DNA from: an uncultured Gemmatimonadales bacterium
Lineage (GTDB): Bacteria; Gemmatimonadota; Gemmatimonadetes; Gemmatimonadales; GWC2-71-9
DNA: 64,000 nucleotides
Assembly (NCBI GenBank): GCA_963798915.1
Contig: CAWCVB010000006.1
Location: 150,856 to 214,855, forward strand
Direction of reading: 5' to 3'
Part shown: piece by piece, positions 57,586-64,000 of the stretch
Numbering within the stretch: position 1 is the first letter of the stretch
Layout of the letters: every line of letters begins with the position of its first letter
The notes under the pieces: model-generated
Seen by the model: only the letters and a program-made list of their open reading frames with translations
Told to the model about the DNA's origin: nothing
Databases searched by the model: none
Made by a program: the position numbers and the translations under genes

Positions 57586-58312
57586 GGGCAATCCACAGAG
57601 GCGCAAACGGCGCCGGTTGTGAGAGGTTCAAGGCGCCACGGCGTGCCAGTTCCAGCAGCGCCAGCAACGTGGACAGGACGTCAACAATGCCTGGCTCGGG
57701 GCCCAGGGCCTCACGCCAGGTGCACCCCTCCTGCGCATCGAGGAGCGCCTCGATCCTTCGCGTGGCGCCTTCGACGTCGAGTGGCCGGGCGACGACCTTG
57801 TGCAGCACTGGCGACGGAATCGCCATGATCACGCGCTCCACCGCCTCGAGCAGCTGCAGCAGGTCCAGCGTCAGCGGCGGCGGTGGCAGCACCGGTGGCG
57901 GAGGGAGGTAGCCACGCGCGTGACTCAGCGACCGTCGTTCCGCCGAACGGGCCATCCAGAGCGCGATCTCCTTGATCTGCTGATACTCCAGCAGGCGGCG
58001 GACCAGCTCGGCGCGCGGATCCTCCCAACCCTCCTCATCCGAGTGGCGCGGCAGCAGCAGCTGCGCCTTGAGCCTCACCAGGCGGCTCGCCATATCGAGA
58101 TAATCTGCGGCCTGGTTGAGCCCGAGGACATGGATGACGCGCAGGAACTGGTCGGCGATTCGCGCGATCGGGATATCAGCGATTTCCAGCTGCTCTTCGC
58201 GCAGGAGGTGGAGCAGCAGGTCCAGCGGCCCCGTGAACTGGTCAAGTTCCACCACGAAGGCCGTCAGGTCGGCACCGTGCGCCGGCGCGCTGGTCAGAGC
58301 GGGACTGGTCAT
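57560..58312 (-). CDS. scpA: Segregation and condensation protein A
   Basis: F.V.LD.F.GPLDLLLHL......I.I.DIPIA.I..QF. ATG 58312 overlaps the M50 stop (ATGA); the track ORF is over-extended to 58675. Confidence 0.85.
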   Translation of the reverse strand: MTSPALTSAPAHGADLTAFVVELDQFTGPLDLLLHLLREEQLEIADIPIARIADQFLRVIHVLGLNQAADYLDMASRLVRLKAQLLLPRHSDEEGWEDPRAELVRRLLEYQQIKEIALWMARSAERRSLSHARGYLPPPPVLPPPPLTLDLLQLLEAVERVIMAIPSPVLHKVVARPLDVEGATRRIEALLDAQEGCTWREALGPEPGIVDVLSTLLALLELARRGALNLSQPAPFAPLWIARDSSRSAA

Positions 58313-59007
58313 GAGAAGATGTGCAACCCGGTGCCGAGCTGATACGGGGCCATGAGCCCGAAGAGCAGTCGCAACCCGAGAAACGCTGGCGTCAGGAGAA
58401 AGGTCACCGCGCCGCGAAAGACAAACAACAGGACCAGCAACGGCAGAAGGCCGAACCGCTGGAGACTGCGATATCTTGCGCCGAGACCCGGCGGAAGCAG
58501 ATGGTAGAAAATGTGAGAGCCATCCAGCGGCGGCACGGGAATGAGGTTGAAGAAGCAGAGCAGCAAGTTCAACCAGACGCCCCACGCCAGCATCCGTTGC
58601 AGCGCGTTGAGCGCCGCGGCCGCGCCCGCTGCGTGGGCTCCCGCCAGGCCAGCCAGGATGAAGAGCACGGCGCACGCCAGTGCGAGTCCCAGGTTCGTCA
58701 CCACGCCGGCCGCGCTCACGATGATGTCACCCCGGCGGAACTTGCGATATTTGCGTGGATTGACCGGCACCGGCCGGGCTCCACCGAAGGTGAAACGGCC
58801 CTGACTCCCAAACCAGAGCACGGCCGGCACCAGCAGGCTCATGAACGGATCGATGTGCGGTAGCGGATTCAGCGTCAACCGGCCAAGCATGTAGGCGGTG
58901 TCATCGCCCTGCGCGAAGGCCGCGGCCGCATGCGCATACTCATGGGCCACCATGGCGAATACAAGCATCGGGAGCGCAAGTATGAAATTGCCGAGCTGGG
59001 CTTCCAG
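58309..59007 (-). CDS. Site-2 protease family (peptidase M50) membrane protein
   Basis: HEYAH zinc motif, GRLTLNPLPHIDP, and multiple TMs. The track starts at ATG 58968, only 8 residues before HExxH. I extend to CTG 59007, which has GAGGA 6 nt upstream (see finding). Confidence 0.75.
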   Translation of the reverse strand: MEAQLGNFILALPMLVFAMVAHEYAHAAAAFAQGDDTAYMLGRLTLNPLPHIDPFMSLLVPAVLWFGSQGRFTFGGARPVPVNPRKYRKFRRGDIIVSAAGVVTNLGLALACAVLFILAGLAGAHAAGAAAALNALQRMLAWGVWLNLLLCFFNLIPVPPLDGSHIFYHLLPPGLGARYRSLQRFGLLPLLVLLFVFRGAVTFLLTPAFLGLRLLFGLMAPYQLGTGLHIFS

Positions 59008-59035
59008 AGTCCGTCCTCGCTGTCCGGGCGGTGGG

Positions 59036-59065
59036 AGTTTACACGGGCTTGCCCCTGCAAGTCAA
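59036..59065 (-). promoter_or_regulatory. Candidate promoter for the M50-scpAB... train (TTGACT-18-TAAACT)
   Basis: -35 rc at 59060-59065 and -10 rc at 59036-59041. It lies upstream of the proposed CTG start. Confidence 0.45.
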
Positions 59066-59078
59066 AAGTTGACCCCGC

Positions 59079-59107
59079 TTGACCTTAGACGCACTTGCGG
59101 CTATTCT
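59079..59107 (+). promoter_or_regulatory. Candidate rpsT promoter (TTGACC-17-TATTCT)
   Basis: TTGACC at 59079-59084 (a second TTGACC sits at 59069-59074), a 17-nt spacer, and TATTCT at 59102-59107. About 50 nt upstream of the rpsT GTG. Confidence 0.55.
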
Positions 59108-59160
59108 TTCCGACTGTTTCGGAACAGTCCGTGTTCCGCGATCACCCCAGTGAGGTAGCC

Positions 59161-59418
59161 GTGCCCCGAATCAGGTCATCCAAGAAGCGCATGCGTCAGA
59201 ACCGCACCACGCGCGAGCGGAATCGCACCCAGCGCAGTCAGCTGCGTTCAGCCGTCAGGCAGGCGCGTGCAGCCGGCGGCGAAAAGCCGGCCCTGATCGA
59301 AACGGCCAGCAGCCTGCTGGACCGGGCCGGCCGGAAGCGGCTGATCCATCCCAATGCGGCGGCTCGGCAAAAGAGCCGCATGGCCAAGGCACGTAACGCC
59401 GCGACCAAAGCGTCGTAG
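59161..59418 (+). CDS. rpsT: 30S ribosomal protein S20
   Basis: ..SSKKRMRQNRTTRERNRTQRSQLRSAVR...AAR.KSR. is typical S20. GTG 59161 is preceded by GAGGTA. Confidence 0.9.
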   Translation: MPRIRSSKKRMRQNRTTRERNRTQRSQLRSAVRQARAAGGEKPALIETASSLLDRAGRKRLIHPNAAARQKSRMAKARNAATKAS

Positions 59419-59439
59419 GCGCTCGGCGCTATAATTTGA

Positions 59440-59468
59440 AAGGGCGTCCGTCATGCGGACGCCCTTTT
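59440..59468 (+). terminator. Rho-independent terminator after rpsT (usable from both directions)
   Basis: 11-bp stem AAGGGCGTCCG / CGGACGCCCTT with a 5-nt loop, then TTTT on +. TTTCAAA follows on the other strand. Confidence 0.8.
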
Positions 59469-59553
59469 GAGTATCAGTAACTTGAGAAACTGCTCGAAGT
59501 AGAAATACCTATCACCCATAGCCGCTGTTTCTTACCGGATATCTGCCACGAAG

Positions 59554-60378
59554 CTACAGGGCCGCCAGCTCGGCCCCACACCGCTCGCAGTACCATTCCG
59601 TCGGTCGATTGAGGGTCCCGCATTCTCCACATTTCAGCGTCTTGGCCTGGTTGGTTCCGGAGGCCGGCGACTTGGACGCGGCCGCCGGGGCAATTGGTGC
59701 CGTCGCGGTCGGCGACGACGCGCTTCCGGCTGGCACCGATTCCTCGGCGGTCGGCTGGTCGTCGGATGCGTTCTGGGGTGAAAGCGAGGAAGACTGCTCC
59801 ACGGCGACCGACTTCAGGAAATCGAGTTCGTCATCGGATGGCGCCGGTTTCCGCGGCGGGGTCGGCTTGGTGCTCGCCGCCGACGGAGCACTGGCCTGCC
59901 GTGCCGGAGCCGGCGGCGCTTCGACCACCGCCGCGGCCTTGCGCTCGTGGCCTTCGATCGATTCCTGCACCTCGGTGAGGCGATCGATCTCGACTCGGAC
60001 CCGGCTCAGTTCCTTCCGGATCCCGTCGAGGGACGCGTTCTGGACCCGGCTGATTTCGCCCCACTTGGCGTCGGTGTACTCTCCGACGGTATGGCGCAGC
60101 TCGGCCTCCGCGACCGTCTCGAGCGCTTCGCCCTCGCGCTTGGAAAGGTCCGTCTCCGACGTACGGAGCCGCTCCAGGTCGGCAATGATGGCGTCCCCAT
60201 GCTCACGAAGCGCCTCCATGATCCGGCCGAGGCGCGACTCGTAATCGGCTCGGACCCGGTGGCGCACCGCCTCAGGGGCATCCGAGGCGGCCAACTTGGA
60301 GAGCCACTCCTCGAACTGAGCGCGCTCGCCCAGGAGCGACTGGACCGGATTGGAATTCGAGTCGGGAGCCTTGGCCAT
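59554..60378 (-). CDS. Coiled-coil protein with low-complexity linker and C-terminal zinc-ribbon
   Basis: Heptad-rich acidic N-terminal half, a Pro/Ala/Ser-rich linker, and the C-terminal CGECGTLNRPTEWYCERCG (CxxC-N11-CxxC). ATG 60378 is preceded by GGAAGGAAGG. Confidence 0.6.
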   Translation of the reverse strand: MAKAPDSNSNPVQSLLGERAQFEEWLSKLAASDAPEAVRHRVRADYESRLGRIMEALREHGDAIIADLERLRTSETDLSKREGEALETVAEAELRHTVGEYTDAKWGEISRVQNASLDGIRKELSRVRVEIDRLTEVQESIEGHERKAAAVVEAPPAPARQASAPSAASTKPTPPRKPAPSDDELDFLKSVAVEQSSSLSPQNASDDQPTAEESVPAGSASSPTATAPIAPAAASKSPASGTNQAKTLKCGECGTLNRPTEWYCERCGAELAAL

Positions 60379-60665
60379 CGCAACTGCCTTCCTTCCATGG
60401 ACTTGGTAGTGCCTTACCGGAGCCGCCAGCATGCAGCCGCTTCAATTCCTGTGCCTGTCAGCGCAGGAGACTGCACTCCGACTTCGGGGCACGCGCAGCC
60501 GGTGAAATCCTCATCCAGATTCTCGACATGGCCACCTAAAACGATACCATCGAATAAGTTAACATCACATCCATCACCGGCGCCAGCGAGGGCATGGGCG
60601 GGGCCGGCCCGAGGTGATATCGCCCAATTTGAAAGCACGGCGAGCGATTCGCCAGAATGGCGGCA

Positions 60666-61949
60666 CTACGAGAGTCGGTACACCACCTGGCCGCCGACGA
60701 TCGTGGCCACCGCCCGGCCCCGAACCGGCCGGCCGTCAAACGGCGTGTTGCGACTCCTGGACTTGAATGTGGCGGCATCAATGGTCCAGGCCACCTGCGG
60801 ATCCAGCACGACGACGTCGGCTGGCGCGCCTTTCGCCAAGGAGCCGCCAGGCAGATGGAAGATCCTGGCCGGGAACGTGCTCATCCGTTCGACCAGCTGC
60901 GTCAGGCTCAGCACTCCCCCACCGACCAGCTCACCGCAGGCGAGCGGGAACGCCGTCTCAAGTCCAATGATGCCATTCGGCGCCTGATCAAACTCCCGCT
61001 CCTTGGCGTCGTAGTGATGCGGAGCATGATCGGTCGCAATGACGTCGATGGTGCCATCCTTCAGCGCGTCGCGGATGGCATCACGGTCTTCAGCCTCGCG
61101 CAGCGGCGGATTCATCTTGGCATTGGTGTTGTAATGCTCGCATGCCTCGTGCGTAAGGGTGAAGTGGTGCGGACATGCCTCAGCCGTCACGTGCAGTCCC
61201 TTGTCCTTGGCGCGGCGGATCAGCTCGACCGAGCCGCGGGTGGACATGTGGCAGAGGTGCACATGTCCCCCGGTCAACTCGGCGAGGATGATGTCTCGTG
61301 CCACCACGATCTCTTCCGCCGCCGAGGGGATGCCCTGGAGCCCCAACCGCGTCGAGACGATTCCCTCATGCATTGCCCCGCCGGCCGCGAGCGACATCTC
61401 CTCGCAGTGGTCCGCCACCGGAATGCCGAATACTCGGGCGTACTCCAGCGCAGTCCGCATCAGGTGGCTCGACTTGACCGGGTGCCCATCATCACTCACC
61501 GCCACCGCACCCGCACCGACCAGCTCACCGAACTCCGCCATCTGCTCGCCTCGCTGCCCCAGCGAGACCGCGCCGATGGGATACACGCGCGCCTTGCCCG
61601 CCCGTTGCGCCTGGCTGACAACAAATCCCACAACACCCTGGTTGTCGCAGACCGGATCAGTGTTGGGCATGGCGCAGACGGCGGTGAATCCGCCGGCCAC
61701 CGCCGACGTCGCCCCGCTCGCGATGGTCTCGAGTTCTTCCTGGCCAGGCTCTCGCAGGTGGGTATGCAGGTCGATGAAGCCTGGCGCCACCACGTGCCCG
61801 CTTGCATCGATCACCTCGGCATCGTCCGGCGTGCCAAGGCCCCGGCCGATGGCTTCGACCCGACCGTTGGCCAGCAACAGGTCCGCGACATCATCGTGCC
61901 CGCTCGCCGGATCGAGCACCCGGCCGCCCCGGAGCAGGAGCGGCCTCAT
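60666..61949 (-). CDS. pyrC: Dihydroorotase (allantoinase-like long form)
   Basis: ..[25 protein letters not shown].., ..DHAPH. Confidence 0.9.
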   Translation of the reverse strand: MRPLLLRGGRVLDPASGHDDVADLLLANGRVEAIGRGLGTPDDAEVIDASGHVVAPGFIDLHTHLREPGQEELETIASGATSAVAGGFTAVCAMPNTDPVCDNQGVVGFVVSQAQRAGKARVYPIGAVSLGQRGEQMAEFGELVGAGAVAVSDDGHPVKSSHLMRTALEYARVFGIPVADHCEEMSLAAGGAMHEGIVSTRLGLQGIPSAAEEIVVARDIILAELTGGHVHLCHMSTRGSVELIRRAKDKGLHVTAEACPHHFTLTHEACEHYNTNAKMNPPLREAEDRDAIRDALKDGTIDVIATDHAPHHYDAKEREFDQAPNGIIGLETAFPLACGELVGGGVLSLTQLVERMSTFPARIFHLPGGSLAKGAPADVVVLDPQVAWTIDAATFKSRSRNTPFDGRPVRGRAVATIVGGQVVYRLS

Positions 61950-62911
61950 CGCGCCTCGCCTTCCAGCGCCGCACGCCCGTCGGCCCGGCCACCTGCAAGC
62001 AGGTACAGCGCCGCCATCCGGACTGCCACGCCATTGGTCACCTGCGGGAGAATCACGCTGTGCTCGCCGTCAGCCACATCCGAGTCAATCTCCACTCCCC
62101 GGTTCATGGGACCCGGATGCAGGATCAGCAGATCCTTCGGGGCGCGTCGCAGGCGTTCGTTGGTGACGCCAAACACCCGGTTGTATTCCCGCAGCGAGGG
62201 AATGAAGCCGGCGGTCATGCGCTCGAGCTGCAGCCTGAGGACATTGAGTGCATCGGCCCACTGGATCGCGTCTTCCACCCGCGGCAGCACTGTGACGCCC
62301 ATCCTTTCGACATGCCGTGGCAGCAACGAGCCGGGCCCACAGACGGCGACCGATGCACCCAGTTTGGTGAGTCCCCAGATGTTGCTTCGCGCCACCCGGC
62401 TGTGCAGCACGTCGCCGATGATCGCTACCTTGATGCCGTCAAGCCGGCCTAGCCGGTCACGCAGCGTGAGCATGTCGAGCAGGGCCTGGGTTGGGTGCTC
62501 GTGCTTGCCATCACCGGCGTTGATCACGTTGGAATTGATTCGATCGCCGAGAAACCGGGCCGCGCCCGAAGAGCCATGGCGGATCACCACCATGTCGATC
62601 CGCATTGCTTCGAGATTGCGGGCCGTATCGACCAGCGTCTCGCCCTTGGCGACCGAGCTGCCCAACGCTGCGACGTTGACCGTGTCGGCCGACAGGCGCT
62701 TCTCGGCGAATTCGAAGGAAATGCGGGTCCGGGTGCTGGATTCGAAGAAGAGATTGACGATGGTCTTGCCGCGGAGCGCCGGCACCTTCTTGATCTGACG
62801 CTCGCTTACTTCCTTGAAGGGCTCGGCTGTGTCGAGAATCAGGCGAATCTGGTCGGCGCTCAACGGCTCCAGGCCGACCAGATCCTTACCGAGGACGGCG
62901 GCCGCGCTCAC
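61946..62911 (-). CDS. pyrB: Aspartate carbamoyltransferase catalytic subunit
   Basis: ..FFE.STRTR.SFE.A...L.., ..HPTQ.LLD.., ..HPGP.NRG.E. Confidence 0.93.
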   Translation of the reverse strand: MSAAAVLGKDLVGLEPLSADQIRLILDTAEPFKEVSERQIKKVPALRGKTIVNLFFESSTRTRISFEFAEKRLSADTVNVAALGSSVAKGETLVDTARNLEAMRIDMVVIRHGSSGAARFLGDRINSNVINAGDGKHEHPTQALLDMLTLRDRLGRLDGIKVAIIGDVLHSRVARSNIWGLTKLGASVAVCGPGSLLPRHVERMGVTVLPRVEDAIQWADALNVLRLQLERMTAGFIPSLREYNRVFGVTNERLRRAPKDLLILHPGPMNRGVEIDSDVADGEHSVILPQVTNGVAVRMAALYLLAGGRADGRAALEGEAR

Positions 62912-63447
62912 TCCCCGCCCCGGGCGAGCTCGACGACGTCCCTCCCGTCGAGCTCCGAGACCAGGACGTCCACCCGTTCATCGGCCGTCGGGCTGACAGT
63001 AACGCCGACAACGTCGGCCTGAATGGGCAGTTCCCGGCCGCCGCGATCCACAAGCACGGCAAGCAGGATGCGCTTCGGCCGCCCGAAGTCGGTGCACTCG
63101 TCGAGGGCTGCCCGCACGGTCCGGCCGGTGTAGAGCACGTCATCGACGATGATCACTGTCCGTGCATCCAGCTCCGGCAGGCTGGTCTCGCCCACCACCG
63201 GCTTGGGGCCGATGGTCTGCAGGTCGTCGCGGTAGAGGGTGATGTCGAGCTTGCCGCAGGGGATGTTGGTCCGCTCCACCTTGTCGATGAGGCGCTTGAT
63301 CCGGTAGGCGAGTTCCACGCCCCGGCGCTGGATCCCGACCAGGACCAGGCCGTCGGTTCCCCCGGAACGCTCGACCACTTCGGACGCCATGCGCGCGAGG
63401 GTGCGCGCGATAGCGCGCTCATCAAGGAGTTCGGTCCGGGTGGGCAC
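62908..63447 (-). CDS. pyrR: Bifunctional pyrimidine operon regulator / uracil phosphoribosyltransferase PyrR
   Basis: [17 protein letters not shown].......LVL.GI.RRG..LA.R......DITLYRDDL......[15 protein letters not shown].....GRP....[15 protein letters not shown]. Collinear with B. subtilis PyrR from GTG 63447; the track start GTG 63552 adds 35 unmatched residues. Confidence 0.88.
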   Translation of the reverse strand: MPTRTELLDERAIARTLARMASEVVERSGGTDGLVLVGIQRRGVELAYRIKRLIDKVERTNIPCGKLDITLYRDDLQTIGPKPVVGETSLPELDARTVIIVDDVLYTGRTVRAALDECTDFGRPKRILLAVLVDRGGRELPIQADVVGVTVSPTADERVDVLVSELDGRDVVELARGGE

Positions 63448-63568
63448 GGCGAGGAATGTAGCACCGCCCGCCGACAGGGTACAGCGCTCGGCAGCCGAGA
63501 GTCGAACGCGACCGCTGCGTCGGGCGAATACCGCCCCTGACTCAAGGCCCACGACCCACGACCCATCA

Positions 63569-63656
63569 CGGACAGGGCGGGATTCGAACCCGCGAAACGG
63601 GGTTGCCGCTTACGCGCTTTCCAGGCGCGCCTCTTCAACCACTCGAGCACCTGTCC
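63569..63656 (-). tRNA. tRNA-Ser (anticodon GGA), CCA not encoded
   Basis: Hand fold gives acceptor GGACAGG/CCTGTCC, anticodon stem CGCGC/GCGCG with loop CT-GGA-AA, a long variable arm, T arm GCGGG-TTCGAAT-CCCGC, and discriminator G. Confidence 0.9.
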
Positions 63657-63707
63657 CGGTGGCCCCTGACAGGGCGGCGGCAACATAGCGGGCGCAGGAC
63701 AGAGACG

Positions 63708-64000
63708 TCAACCGGCTGCCGCGCTTCGGCGGGCAGCCGCCACACGTCCTGCCCGCTCCAGCACCGCACTGGACGAGCCATCGGCCTCGGCGCTCGCCAG
63801 GAGCCCCGCCAAACCGTAGCCAAGACCCTTCATCGGATTGCGCCAGAGAATGGAGCCCGTCACCGGCGCGAGGGCAAAGATCTCTCCGCGCGCGCTCGCG
63901 TAGAGCATGGCGCCATCCGTCACGACATGGACAAATTCACTTCCCTTGAGCCGGGTCCGCCAGCGCTCATGTCCAGTAGCCTTGTCGAGCCCGACGACGT
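63708..64000 (-). CDS. PQQ-like beta-propeller repeat protein, C-terminal part (start beyond window end)
   Basis: The in-frame translation continues to the window edge: ..VVGLDKATGHERWRTRLKGSEFVHVVTDGAMLYASARGEIFALAPVTGSILWRNPMKGLGYG.. (BamB/PQQ-type repeat pattern). Confidence 0.5.
   Translation of the reverse strand, partial: VVGLDKATGHERWRTRLKGSEFVHVVTDGAMLYASARGEIFALAPVTGSILWRNPMKGLGYGLAGLLASAEADGSSSAVLERAGRVAAARRSAAAG

Noticed and set aside
60414-60638. 74-aa minus-strand ORF with a Cys-containing C-terminus and an ..ENLDEDF.. segment reminiscent of RiPP or lanthipeptide leaders
   Set aside because: About half its codons end in A/T, in a genome where real genes almost never do. It has no SD, and no modification enzyme, transporter or protease gene is nearby. 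It more likely represents the promoter and 5' UTR of the zinc-ribbon gene. It is flagged for Ribo-seq in the findings.
63448-63552. 35-residue N-terminal extension of PyrR from GTG 63552
   Set aside because: The extension (MGLESGAVFARRSGRVRLSAAERCTLSAGGATFLA) has no counterpart in PyrR proteins, and it would start 16 nt after a tRNA gene. The alignment begins at GTG 63447. No good SD precedes 63447 either, so the start remains somewhat uncertain.

Overview
High-GC bacterial chromosomal core segment. It is almost fully coding, with about 65 CDS and two tRNAs, and nearly everything lies on the minus strand. Genes sit in long head-to-tail trains whose stop and start codons overlap by 1-4 nt (ATGA/GTGA).

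Recognisable content, by position:
- murI
- tRNA-Sec
- ridA-fhs-tatD-secFD
- the nusA-ylxQ-infB-DUF503-rbfA-truB-ribF block
- pgeF-murA
- gatCAB with pcrA, an orphan histidine kinase and serS
- a Roadblock/LC7 plus NDP-sugar cluster
- groES-groEL with a CIRCE operator
- an envelope cassette ending in an NlpC/P60 peptidase
- ubiA-like, coaX, birA, uppP, bshA, miaA, mutL
- a moxR-DUF58-VWA-BatD aerotolerance-type operon
- rluB-scpB-scpA-M50 protease
- rpsT
- pyrR-pyrB-pyrC
- tRNA-Ser

I saw no CRISPR array, transposase, integrase or obvious defence island. This looks like an ordinary housekeeping region of a diderm, possibly Gemmatimonadota-like; that lineage guess is inferred from gene content only and is unverified.

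The observations I consider most worth a second look:
1. A 7-nt periodic G-tract array fills the only real spacer of a ~17 kb gene train. A related copy follows tRNA-Ser in the pyrR leader.
2. Three genes appear to need a CTG start. Two of these are preceded by GAGGA-N6.
3. A tRNA-Sec gene is present with no selenium genes in view.
4. A secreted protein carries the HH...H...HxH...M ligand pattern of PHM/DBH-type copper monooxygenases, plus Met/His-rich tails.
5. A long structured nusA leader contains tandem palindromes.

The ORF track treats GTG and TTG as M and reports longest ORFs, so many listed N-termini are over-extended. I trimmed them where start/stop coupling, SD sequences or family N-termini allowed.
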